A DNA stretch of 64,000 bases from Eledone cirrhosa (taxonomy: Eukaryota), in contig OZ024747.1 of assembly GCA_964016885.1 (NCBI GenBank), positions 90,334,001-90,398,000 on the forward strand, written 5' to 3'. The notes below the pieces were generated by a model. It had not been told where the DNA came from. It did no database searches and was given only the letters and a program-made list of their open reading frames with translations. Made by a program: the position numbers and the translations under genes. Each line of letters opens with the position of its first letter. Positions within the stretch are counted from its first letter, which is position 1. Below, piece after piece: positions 37,838 through 49,400 of this stretch.

Positions 37838-39715
37838 ATGTTAAACGCAGCGAACGAAAATAGTGGTGGGGGGACAGCGGTAAGAGTTGTAAGCTCGCAC
37901 GCTTTAGTCCTCCCTTCCTTCCCAACTAACGTCATAGAGAAGGAAGGAAAAATGAAAATAAAAACGGACGAATCTGCGGAGGAAAAATTAAATGTCGAAA
38001 ACAACGAAGAAAAAAAATTTGAAAAATTGCATGACAATACTAATAACACAAACAAAGACACAACAAACAAAAAAATAACAGTTGAAAATAACATAACATC
38101 AGAAAACAAAGCAGACGACAAGATTTCATTTGCACAGAAAACAAAGAAATCTTTGACTTATATAGCGGAAAACATTTCAGATGTGGTACGAAGGATCACG
38201 GACGCAAAACAATACATAAGTGAAGGTGAGAATGGTATTTTATTGGTAAAAATGCCTCAAGAATTCACGAAAGACATTGAAAGCCGAACGGTCAAGTTTC
38301 GGACCATCAACAACAGTACAAAAAAACCTGAACAGCCTTCTCAAGCAGATATCAAAACAGTACTCGCAGAAGTACTGAATGAAACAACTTTCATAAGAAA
38401 AGACAGACTGTATGGAAGCCTAGCAATTATCATGAAGAACGAATCGGCGGCAAAAAAATGTGCTTTGTCACCGATTCGTTCGAAAAATTTCACCTTTTAT
38501 CCATCTTATATGGGAAAAAAAACTCAACGCATATGGCTGGATGCGATGATGCCAGATGTGGACTACTGCTGGCTCATAGCTGGCTTCATCGATCCAGTGA
38601 ATGACAACGTGATTTCCATTGGGAAAACCACAGGCAATGCGTTCAGTGGAACAGGTATAGAGCTGGTAGTACAAATGAAGCCTGAACGCATCGCCCAAAT
38701 ACCCGACAGAATCCTATTAGAGGACCACGGGTATATAAACATTAGCGTGGAGGGGAGAAGGCCGTCCTGCCATATCTGTGCAGGCAGAGGGCACCTGAAG
38801 GCCGCTTGTCCCCAACTCAACAAAAAGAAAACCCTGCTACCAACACCAGCTCCACCACCACCATCACAACAGATAAACAAACAACAAAACTCAGTCCCAC
38901 CCAACCCGTCCCTCAGTAACACCACAACACCACCACAACACAAACAGTCACAACACATTACCCCAAAACAAAATACAGGCCCACCCAACCTCTCACTCAA
39001 TAAAACAACACAACCACCGCAGACACAACACACAACACAGTCTAACATAGTGACATCCATCTCCCCCACAAAGAAAACCAACACGGAAACATTACCAGCA
39101 AACATACCTCTTCCCTCCAACACTGAAGATAACCCAACGAATTCGGAGGAAGAAACGGAGTCCTTCAGACAGATTAAAAGGAAAAAAAGAAAACATGTGC
39201 AAAACACACAAGGACAAACAACCCCCACCCAAATCGCAACACAATCTAACAAAACAGAAAACACCCCTCCAGCAACAAACAAAACCAAACCTGCCCCTCC
39301 CCTCTTCGAAACACTCACACCATCGGAAAAAAAGACATTACACTATACTTACATCAACAGAAACAATAATAAATTAAATGAACTCATATACAATAATCCT
39401 TCGGTACAAACCGAAGGTGTAAACTTTGTTTCATCAGAAAACCACCCACATTTAAAACTAATAAAAATCCCAATGAACCTCTACCAAAAACTAAAAAAGG
39501 ATTTTAAGGAGGACGTAGGACCACCCTCTGTCAAACCCATAAACCGCGTCCTACTAAAAAGCTTTCCCCCTCCCCTTCCCCTCCCCAACACAACTCCAAA
39601 CACCCCAACCCCACCACACACCGACGACCCCACACCACCACAAGACACCCCTTCACCCAACACCCCCGACCCCATGGAAGTCGTGCAACCCGAACCCCGG
39701 GAAGCGGAAAGGTAG
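37838..39715 (+). CDS. ORF1p (gag-like nucleic-acid-binding protein) of Tx1-like element
   Basis: 625-aa ORF with a CX2CX4HX4C zinc knuckle (CHICAGRGHLKAAC), a basic KRKKRK stretch and a Pro/Thr/Gln-rich C-terminal half. Lies 33 nt upstream of ORF2. Confidence 0.9.
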   Translation: MLNAANENSGGGTAVRVVSSHALVLPSFPTNVIEKEGKMKIKTDESAEEKLNVENNEEKKFEKLHDNTNNTNKDTTNKKITVENNITSENKADDKISFAQKTKKSLTYIAENISDVVRRITDAKQYISEGENGILLVKMPQEFTKDIESRTVKFRTINNSTKKPEQPSQADIKTVLAEVLNETTFIRKDRLYGSLAIIMKNESAAKKCALSPIRSKNFTFYPSYMGKKTQRIWLDAMMPDVDYCWLIAGFIDPVNDNVISIGKTTGNAFSGTGIELVVQMKPERIAQIPDRILLEDHGYINISVEGRRPSCHICAGRGHLKAACPQLNKKKTLLPTPAPPPPSQQINKQQNSVPPNPSLSNTTTPPQHKQSQHITPKQNTGPPNLSLNKTTQPPQTQHTTQSNIVTSISPTKKTNTETLPANIPLPSNTEDNPTNSEEETESFRQIKRKKRKHVQNTQGQTTPTQIATQSNKTENTPPATNKTKPAPPLFETLTPSEKKTLHYTYINRNNNKLNELIYNNPSVQTEGVNFVSSENHPHLKLIKIPMNLYQKLKKDFKEDVGPPSVKPINRVLLKSFPPPLPLPNTTPNTPTPPHTDDPTPPQDTPSPNTPDPMEVVQPEPREAER

Positions 39716-39748
39716 GTCTCTACACTCTCCTTTGGCTCTGCCGCCCAC

Positions 39749-42700
39749 ATGGATGTGTTAAGAGTAGGATGTTTGAATGCACGTGGCCTGGGCTCAACTT
39801 GGAAGCAAGCAAAGCTTCTAAATGACCTCAGGTCATGTAGTATAAATGTAATGGTTATCTGTGAGACTCGAATCAGCGTCATGCGGCAGCTGGCCCCCAC
39901 CTTCGATGACTTTGAGGTGCATGCATCTCTCTGTCAACCTGGAGGTGGGGGTGGGGTTGTCGTGCTGATGCAAAAACACCTGGGTCTTGCCGTACAGGTT
40001 GTGCACTCGGACCCGGAGGGTCGTTTGTTGGTGCTAGACGTTGGCAGTAGTGAAAGTGCGGCCTTGAGACTGGTCGCCGTCTACTCCCCTTTCGGAGCTG
40101 AACGGCCCGACTTCTTCCAGCGTTTGGAGACTTTTCTGGGAACGTCGCGTTCCCTGCTTCTAGCGGGGGATTGGAATGACATCCTAGATGCACGTTGGGA
40201 CTATGCAGGAGCATGTCCTAATAGAGGGGGGTGTAACAGCCTCAAGGGGTTACTCGACCGTTTTAACTTGGTCGATAGATATCGACTAGATTTTCCAACT
40301 GTGCCTACCTGGACTTGGAGAAACCACAGTGGTCAATCTAGATCGTACTTAGATAGATTCTTAGTTAGAAGTAAGGATAGGGACATATTAAGCTGTCCAG
40401 AAATGCGCACGGTTGGCTACACGGATCACAAATTAGTGACCTGCGTGGTCAATCTCGAGAAAACACATAGACAGGGTCCCGGTTACTGGAAACTTAATTT
40501 GTCTTTACCGGCAAAAGAGACTTACAGAAACCGGATTAGCAGATTAGTTAAGGAGAGGTTGACGGGTGCAATCGTCAACAACCGATGGTGGGCATCTCTC
40601 AAAAGAGAGATTAGAACAGAATCAATAAGTTATAGCAAGATGTTAGCTGCCAATAGGAATAGAAACGAGAAAGAATTAACAGGTAAATTAGAAGAGGCAA
40701 TCAAGAGCGAAGATGTGGCCAGAGTGCTGGCATCGAGGACGGCCTTGAACCAGTTTTTCGATGCAAAGCATGAAGGCTGCGTCATTCGAAGTAAAATACG
40801 TGCTCTAGGTAATGAGGGGGCCAAAGCCGTTGGATGGGCCCGCGTGACAGAAGCTAAAAGTGGAAATCGATCCACCATCCGGTCGTTGCAAGACGAAGAT
40901 GGACGAGTGATCCGGGAGCCTAAGCAGATGTGCGAGGCCTTTCAAAAGCACTTTGCCCGATTGTTCGGGGGAGGCGAGGGTCCGGGCCGGGGCGTGGATT
41001 TCGGTCCATACCTCGACGGCCTGCCGCGTCTCTCGAACAAAGAGGCGGAGTCCTGCGAGGGACCAATCTCGGCTGATGAGATCGGAGATGCGCTGAGCCA
41101 ATGCAGCAGACGCAAATCTCCAGGTCTCGATGGTATACCTTACGAACTTTATTTAGCAATGCCGGTCTTCTTCTCCGAACTCCTCGAAGCGGTCTACTGC
41201 AATTGGCAGCAGAACGGGAGAATTCCTTGTTCTGTAGCCAAGGGCGTAGTCACGCTGGTGAGGAAGGACGAGAACAAGGGGGATAGTATAAATAATTTTC
41301 GGCCCATAACCCTGCTAAACACAGAGTTAAAGATTTTGGCCAAGGTGTTAGCAAAGAGGTTGGCGCTTGTCGTGGGTGGCCTGGTGGGAGATGCGCAGAC
41401 ATGTGCTATCCCATCCAGGTCCATTCACGATAACCTCCACCTCATGCGATACATCATAGAGAGGGTTGGCAACAAACCCGGCTTCGGTGGGGCCCTGATC
41501 AACTTGGATCAGTCTAAGGCCTTCGATAGGGTCGACCATGGTTACCTGGATGCGGTGCTAGCGGCGGCTGGGTTCGGTCCTGTTTTCAGAGGCTGGATCA
41601 CTGCCCTACATAGCAACCACATCTGTTCTAGGATCAAGGTGAACGGCTACCTTTCGAAGCCGTTCGAAATCACACGATCCATTCGACAGGGGTGCCCTCT
41701 CTCCTCCCTTCTGTACGTATTGACTCTCGAGCCTTTACTGAGGAAGTTGGAGTTGTTGCAGGGTATCCCCCTGGAACCAGGATTGAGCAAAGCGGTGTCG
41801 GCCTACGCCGATGACGTAACAGTAATGGTATCAACCGACTCGGAGATCGAGGCGATCGGTACCTTACTGGAGGAGTACGAAAGGTTGTCAGGAGCGAAAC
41901 TGAACCGGGAAAAATCCATCGGGCTGCAACTCGGAACGTGGAGAGGCAGACCGATGCCTCCCGATGGTGTCGTCGGACACTGGACGGAGGGCCCGGTAAA
42001 GTTGCTTGGGGTCTGGTTTGGACCGGACCTCCAGGTGGAAAAGAACTGGAACGAGGTTACGAACAAGGTGTTTGCACTAACCCAGAAATGGGCCAAGTGT
42101 AAGCTGTCCCTAAAAGGCCGGGCGGAGGTGGCGAACATTTACATAGCGTCCGTCACTTACTACCGCCTGACTGTCGTGCCTTGCCCTAAGGAAACACTCA
42201 CCACCATGGAACGCATGCTCTTCCAATTTCTTTGGAAGAAGCGTCCTCCTATGGTGAGAAGATCCATCTGCTGCCAACAACCTTCGAAAGGAGGGCTGGG
42301 GATGCCGTGGTTGATGATGCGTAGGCACGCATTAAGGCTACGGCACCTACAGGTATTCCTCACCGGTCAACCGGTGTGGGCTCCGTTCGTGAAACGAGCC
42401 TTTCCGAGACTCGTCTCACTCACCGAGCTACAGTCCTGGGTCAAGCAAAGATCCGGAAAACTGGGAGACTGGCACACTGAGTGTGCTCAGGCGCTCAGGG
42501 CTCTCTGGCAAGCGGGCCGGGCCATCGGTGGAGAATCCACCTCATCATTCTATAGAGGGCTGGTGGCTAGCAGGGGCGATGACACCCTTGGAGAGTCGCT
42601 GGACATGGAAGAAGACGAACTGGCCAGCCTGTTCGGTAGGACTTTCGGCCCAGGACCAATGGACAACTTCCAGAAGTCACTGGCCTGGCAGTGCTACCGA

Positions 42701-43186
42701 GGGGCTCTACCCGTTCGAGAGAGGCTCTACAGACACGGGCGCCCGGGCAGGGATCCCTCAAAAAAGATTTGCCCTAGATGCGTGCGTCACGAAGAAACCG
42801 TGGCGCACGCATTGGTGCAATGTCCGGGCGTGGCTGATCTGTGGGGCTACGCCGAACAACTGCTGTCGCGGGTGGCGCCGATTAAATTGACAGCCGAGTC
42901 CGTGATGACAATCAAACCGCCTCCCCTCTTCACAAAGGAAGCAAAGGCGGTTTTTCTGTGCGTAATAGCCATGTTGAAAGAGGTTGTTTGGTGGACACGA
43001 TTGAAAGGTCTGAGGTCAGGCAACTTCCTCTCTGGCCATAGTCTGGTCTACTTCTTCCGATATCACTTCGGAAGAAGGATAAGAATGGAGAGAGAGGTGC
43101 TTGGCCACAGGCAGTTTTATGAAAGGTGGGTGATAGTGGCGAGAATGGCTCGTGTAAATGGGCCTTCTCTGTATACCATCCTGTAG
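39749..43186 (+). CDS. ORF2p: APE endonuclease + reverse transcriptase + C-terminal Zn finger (Tx1/L1 clade)
   Basis: 1145 aa. APE motifs LNARGL, ICET, VYSP, GDWN, LDRFL, TDH and GYWKLN. RT motifs KSPGLDG, NFRPITLLNTELKILAK, LDQSKAFDRVDH, RQGCPLS, YADD, KLLGVWF and GGLG. C-terminal CPRC-x8-H-x4-C. Confidence 0.97.
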   Translation: MDVLRVGCLNARGLGSTWKQAKLLNDLRSCSINVMVICETRISVMRQLAPTFDDFEVHASLCQPGGGGGVVVLMQKHLGLAVQVVHSDPEGRLLVLDVGSSESAALRLVAVYSPFGAERPDFFQRLETFLGTSRSLLLAGDWNDILDARWDYAGACPNRGGCNSLKGLLDRFNLVDRYRLDFPTVPTWTWRNHSGQSRSYLDRFLVRSKDRDILSCPEMRTVGYTDHKLVTCVVNLEKTHRQGPGYWKLNLSLPAKETYRNRISRLVKERLTGAIVNNRWWASLKREIRTESISYSKMLAANRNRNEKELTGKLEEAIKSEDVARVLASRTALNQFFDAKHEGCVIRSKIRALGNEGAKAVGWARVTEAKSGNRSTIRSLQDEDGRVIREPKQMCEAFQKHFARLFGGGEGPGRGVDFGPYLDGLPRLSNKEAESCEGPISADEIGDALSQCSRRKSPGLDGIPYELYLAMPVFFSELLEAVYCNWQQNGRIPCSVAKGVVTLVRKDENKGDSINNFRPITLLNTELKILAKVLAKRLALVVGGLVGDAQTCAIPSRSIHDNLHLMRYIIERVGNKPGFGGALINLDQSKAFDRVDHGYLDAVLAAAGFGPVFRGWITALHSNHICSRIKVNGYLSKPFEITRSIRQGCPLSSLLYVLTLEPLLRKLELLQGIPLEPGLSKAVSAYADDVTVMVSTDSEIEAIGTLLEEYERLSGAKLNREKSIGLQLGTWRGRPMPPDGVVGHWTEGPVKLLGVWFGPDLQVEKNWNEVTNKVFALTQKWAKCKLSLKGRAEVANIYIASVTYYRLTVVPCPKETLTTMERMLFQFLWKKRPPMVRRSICCQQPSKGGLGMPWLMMRRHALRLRHLQVFLTGQPVWAPFVKRAFPRLVSLTELQSWVKQRSGKLGDWHTECAQALRALWQAGRAIGGESTSSFYRGLVASRGDDTLGESLDMEEDELASLFGRTFGPGPMDNFQKSLAWQCYRGALPVRERLYRHGRPGRDPSKKICPRCVRHEETVAHALVQCPGVADLWGYAEQLLSRVAPIKLTAESVMTIKPPPLFTKEAKAVFLCVIAMLKEVVWWTRLKGLRSGNFLSGHSLVYFFRYHFGRRIRMEREVLGHRQFYERWVIVARMARVNGPSLYTIL

Positions 43187-43401
43187 GTAAAGAAGTAAAG
43201 GAGAGGGGGGCACCTTCTCCATGTGCTCCCCGGGCAAAGGATTGCACACTTTTTCGGGGGTGTGTGCAACCCCCATCACGTCCCCTCCCTTTTGAGGTTA
43301 TTTTCGATTATTTTCATGTTACACCCTTTTTACTCGATTATATGTAAACTCCCCCTTTGTATTTGTCCCTTCTTTTTATGCCTTTATGGTAAATAAAGAA
43401 A

Positions 43402-46400
43402 TCTATCTTTATAAACACACTATGTCTCCCTTTCCTTATCTCACCTCTATCTCTGTAAACACACTATGTCTCCCTTTCCTTATCTCACCTCTATCTTTAT
43501 AAACACACTATGTCTCCCTTTCCTTATCTCACCTCTATCTTTATAAACACACTATGTCTCCCTTTCCTTATCTCACCGCTATCTTTATAAACACACTATG
43601 TCTCCCTTTCCTTATCTCACCTCTATCTCTGTAAACACACTATGTCTCCCTTTCCTTATCTCACCTCTATCTCTGTAAACACACTATGTCTCCCTTTCCT
43701 TATCTCACCTCTATCTCTGTAAACACACTATGTCTCCCTTTCCTTATCTCACCTCTATCTTTATAAACACACTATGTCTCCCTTTCCTTATCTCACCTCT
43801 ATCTTTGTAAACACACTATGTCTCCCTTTCCTTATCTCACCGCTATCTTTATAAACACACTATGTCTCCCTTTCCTTATCTCACCTCTATCTCTGTAAAC
43901 ACACTATGTCTCCCTTTCCTTATCTCACCTCTATCTCTGTAAACACATTATGTCTCCCTTTCCTTATCTCACCTCTATCTCTGTAAACACACTATGTCTC
44001 CCTTTCCTTATCTCACCTCTATCTTTATAAACACACTATGTCTCCCTTTCCTTATCTCACCTCTATCTTTGTAAACACACTATGTCTCCCTTTCCTTATC
44101 TCACCTCTATCTCTGTAAACACACTATGTCTCCCTTTCCTTATCTCACCTCTCTCTCTGTAAACACACTATGTCTCCCTTTCCTTATCTCACCTCTCTCT
44201 CTGTAAACACACTATGTCTCCCTTTCCTTATCTCACCTCTATCTCTGTAAACACACTATGTCTCCCTTTCCTTATCTCACCTCTATCTCTGTAAACACAC
44301 TATGTCTCCCTTTCCTTATCTCACCTCTATCTCTGTAAACACACTATGTCTCCCTTTCCTTATCTCACCTCTATCTCTGTAAACACACTATGTCTCCCTT
44401 TCCTTATCTCACCCCTATCTTTATAAACACACTATGTCTCCCTTTCCTTATCTCACCTCTATCTCTGTAAACACACTATGTCTCCCTTTCCTTATCTCAC
44501 CTCTATCTTTGTAAACACACTATGTCTCCCTTTCCTTATCTCACCTCTATCTCTGTAAACACACTATGTCTCCCTTTCCTTATCTCACCTCTATCTCTGT
44601 AAACACACTATGTCTCCCTTTCTTTATCTCACCTCTATCTCTGTAAACACACTATGTCTCCCTTTCCTTATCTCACCTCTATCTCTGTAAACACACTATG
44701 TCTCCCATCCCTTATCTCACCCCTATCTTTATAAACACACTTTGTCACCCTTTCCTTATCTCACCTCTATCTTTGTAAACACAATATGTCTCCCCTTCCT
44801 TATCTCACCCCTATGTCTGTAAACACACTATGTCTCTCTTTCCTTATCTCACCTCTATCTTTATAAACACACTTTGTCTCCCTTTGCTTATCTCACCTCT
44901 ATCTCTGTAAACACACTATGTCTCCCTTTCCTTATCTCACCTCTATCTCTGTAAACACACTATGTCTCCCTTTCCTTATCTCACCTCTATCTTTGTAAAC
45001 ACACTATGTCTCCCTTTCCTTATCTCACCTCTATCTTTATAAACACACTATGTCTCCCTTTCCTTATCTCACCCCTATCTTTGTAAACACACTATGTCTC
45101 TCTTTCCTTATCTCACCTCTATCTCTGTAAACACACTATGTCTCTCTTTCCTTGTCTCACCTCTATCTTTGTAAACACACTATGTCTCCCTTTCCTTATC
45201 TCACCTCTATCTTTATAAACACACTATGTCTCCCTTTCCTTATCTCACCTCTATCTTTATAAACACACTATGTCTCCCTTTCCTTATCTCACCGCTATCT
45301 TTATAAACACACTATGTCTCCCTTTCCTTATCTCACCTCTATCTCTGTAAACACACTATGTCTCCCTTTCCTTATCTCACCTCTATCTCTGTAAACACAC
45401 TATGTCTCCCTTTCCTTATCTCACCTCTATCTCTGTAAACACACTATGTCTCCCTTTCCTTATCTCACCTCTATCTTTATAAACACACTATGTCTCCCTT
45501 TCCTTATCTCACCTCTATCTTTGTAAACACACTATGTCTCCCTTTCCTTATCTCACCGCTATCTTTATAAACACACTATGTCTCCCTTTCCTTATCTCAC
45601 CTCTATCTCTGTAAACACACTATGTCTCCCTTTCCTTATCTCACCTCTATCTCTGTAAACACATTATGTCTCCCTTTCCTTATCTCACCTCTATCTCTGT
45701 AAACACACTATGTCTCCCTTTCCTTATCTCACCTCTATCTTTATAAACACACTATGTCTCCCTTTCCTTATCTCACCTCTATCTTTGTAAACACACTATG
45801 TCTCCCTTTCCTTATCTCACCTCTATCTCTGTAAACACACTATGTCTCCCTTTCCTTATCTCACCTCTCTCTCTGTAAACACACTATGTCTCCCTTTCCT
45901 TATCTCACCTCTCTCTCTGTAAACACACTATGTCTCCCTTTCCTTATCTCACCTCTATCTCTGTAAACACACTATGTCTCCCTTTCCTTATCTCACCTCT
46001 ATCTCTGTAAACACACTATGTCTCCCTTTCCTTATCTCACCTCTATCTCTGTAAACACACTATGTCTCCCTTTCCTTATCTCACCTCTATCTCTGTAAAC
46101 ACACTATGTCTCCCTTTCCTTATCTCACCCCTATCTTTATAAACACACTATGTCTCCCTTTCCTTATCTCACCTCTATCTCTGTAAACACACTATGTCTC
46201 CCTTTCCTTATCTCACCTCTATCTTTGTAAACACACTATGTCTCCCTTTCCTTATCTCACCTCTATCTCTGTAAACACACTATGTCTCCCTTTCCTTATC
46301 TCACCTCTATCTCTGTAAACACACTATGTCTCCCTTTCTTTATCTCACCTCTATCTCTGTAAACACACTATGTCTCCCTTTCCTTATCTCACCTCTATCT

Positions 46401-49400
46401 CTGTAAACACACTATGTCTCCCATCCCTTATCTCACCCCTATCTTTATAAACACACTTTGTCACCCTTTCCTTATCTCACCTCTATCTTTGTAAACACAA
46501 TATGTCTCCCCTTCCTTATCTCACCCCTATGTCTGTAAACACACTATGTCTCTCTTTCCTTATCTCACCTCTATCTTTATAAACACACTTTGTCTCCCTT
46601 TGCTTATCTCACCTCTATCTCTGTAAACACACTATGTCTCCCTTTCCTTATCTCACCTCTATCTCTGTAAACACACTATGTCTCCCTTTCCTTATCTCAC
46701 CTCTATCTTTGTAAACACACTATGTCTCCCTTTCCTTATCTCACCTCTATCTTTATAAACACACTATGTCTCCCTTTCCTTATCTCACCCCTATCTTTGT
46801 AAACACACTATGTCTCTCTTTCCTTATCTCACCTCTATCTCTGTAAACACACTATGTCTCTCTTTCCTTGTCTCACCTCTATCTTTGTAAACACACTATG
46901 TCTCCCTTTCCTTATCTCACCTCTATCTCTGTAAACACACTATGTCTCCCTTTCCTTATCTCACCTCTATCTTTATAAACACACTTTGTCTCCCTTTGCT
47001 TATCTCACCTCTATCTCTGTAAACACACTATGTCTCCCTTTCCTTATCTTACCTCTATCTCTGTAAACACACTATGTCTCCCTTTCCTTATCTCACCGCT
47101 ATCTCTGTAAACACACTATGTCTCCCTTTCCTTATCTCACCTCTATCTTTATAAACACACTATGTCTCCCTTTCCTTATCTCACCTCTATCTTTATAAAC
47201 ACACTATGTCTCCCTTTCCTTATCTCACCTCTATCTCTGTAAACACACTATGTCTCCCTTTCCTTATCTCACCCCTATCTTTATAAACACACTATGTCTC
47301 CCTTTCCTTATCTCACCTCTATCTCTGTAAACACATTATGTCCCCCTTTCCTTATCTCACCTCTATCTTTGTAAACACACTATGTCCCCCTTTCCTTATC
47401 TCACCTCTATCTTTATAAACACACTATGTCTCCCTTTCCTTATCTCACCTCTATCTTTATAAACACACTATGTCTCCCTTTCCTTATCTCACCTCTATCT
47501 CTGTAAACACATTATGTCCCCCTTTCCTTATCTCACCTCTATCTTTGTAAACACACTATGTCTCCCTTTCCTTATCTCACCTCTAACTCTGTAAACACAC
47601 TATGTCTCCCTTTCCTTATCTCACCCCTATGTCTGTAAACACACTATGTCTCCCTTTCCTTATCTCACCTCTATCTTTATAAACACACTATGTCTCCCTT
47701 TCCTTATCTCACCTCTATCTCTGTAAACACACTATGTCTTCCTTTCCTTATCTCACCTCTATCTTTATAAACACACTATATCAACCTTTCCTTATCTCAC
47801 CTCTATCTATGTAAACACACTATGTCTCCCTTTCCTTATCTCACCTCTATCTCTATAAACACACTATGTCTCCCTTTCCTTATCTCACCCCTATGTCTGT
47901 AAACACACTATGTCTCCCTTTCCTTATCTCACCTCTATCTCTGTAAACACACTATGTCTCCCTTTCCTTATCTCACCTCTATCTCTGTAAATACACTATG
48001 TCTCCCTTTCCTTATCTCACCTCTATCTCTGTAAATACACTATGTCTCCCTTTCCTTATCTCACCTCTAACTCTGTAAACACACTATGTCTCTCTTTCCT
48101 TATCTCACCTCTAACTCTGTAAACACACTATGTCTCCCTTTCCTTATCTCACCTCTATCTCTGTAAACACACTATGTCTCCCTTTCCTTATCTCACCTCT
48201 ATCTCTGTAAACACACTATGTCTCCCTTTCCTTATCTCACCTCTAACTCTGTAAACACACTATGTCTCCCTTTCCTTATCTCACCTCTATCTCTGTAAAC
48301 ACACTATGTCTCCCTTTCCTTATCTCACCTCTATCTCTGTAAACACACTATGTCTCCCTTTCCTTATCTCACCTCTATCTCTGTAAACACACTATGTCTC
48401 CCTTTCCTTATCTCACCTCTATCTATGTAAACACACTATGTCTCCCTTTCCTTATCTCACCTCTATCTCTGTAAACACACTATGTCTCCCTTTCCTTATC
48501 TCACCCCTATGTCTGTAAACACACTATGTCTCCCTTTCCTTATCTCACCTCTATCTCTGTAAACACACTGTGTCTCCCTTTCCTTATCTCACCTCTATCT
48601 CTGTAAACACACTATGTCTCCCTTTCCTTATCTCACCTCCATCTCTGTAAACACACTATGTCTCCCTTTCCTTATCTCACCCCTATCTCTGTAAACACAC
48701 TATGTCTCCCTTTCCTTATCTCACCTCTATCTCTGTAAACACACTATGTCTCCCTTTCCTTATCTCACCTCTATCTCTGTAAACACACTATGTCTCCCTT
48801 TCCTTATCTCACCTCTCTCTCTGTAAACACACTATGTCTCCCTTTCCTTATCTCACCTCTATCTTTATAAACACACTATGTCTCTCATTCCTTATCTCAC
48901 CTCTATCTCTGTAAACACACTATGTCTCCCTTTCCTTATCTCACCTCTATCTCTATAAACACACTATGTCTCCCTTTCCTTATCTCACCTCTATCTTTAT
49001 AAACACACTATGTCTCTCATTCCTTATCTCACCTCTATCTCTGTAAACACACTATGTCTCCCTTTCCTTATCTCACCTCTATCTCTGTAAACACACTGTG
49101 TCTCCCTTTCCTTATCTCACATCTATCTCTGTAAACACACTATGTCTCCCTTTCCTTATCTCACCTCTATCTCTGTAAACACACTATGTCTCCCTTTCCT
49201 TATCTCACCTCTATCTCTGTAAACACACTATGTCTCCCTTTCCTTATCTCACCTCTCTCTCTGTAAACACACTATGTCTCCCTTTCCTTATCTCACCTCT
49301 ATCTTTATAAACACACTATGTCTCTCATTCCTTATCTCACCTCTATCTCTGTAAACACACTATGTCTCCCTTTCCTTATCTCACCTCTATCTCTATAAAC

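Larger units (their letters stand above)
37604..43401 (+). mobile_element. Full-length Tx1-like (L1 clade) non-LTR retrotransposon inserted in 44-bp satellite
   Basis: Two long uninterrupted ORFs, ~234-nt 5' UTR and ~215-nt 3' UTR ending AATAAAGAAA. Flanked by identical 18-mers TCTATCTTTATAAACACA at 37586-37603 and 43402-43419 (TSD). The satellite phase resumes exactly across the insertion. Confidence 0.95.

Noticed and set aside
38468-43347. Antisense and alternate-frame ORFs overlapping the Tx1 element (e.g. 38563-39318 -)
   Set aside because: Shadow ORFs caused by the compositional bias of the real ORF1 and ORF2, with no motifs.
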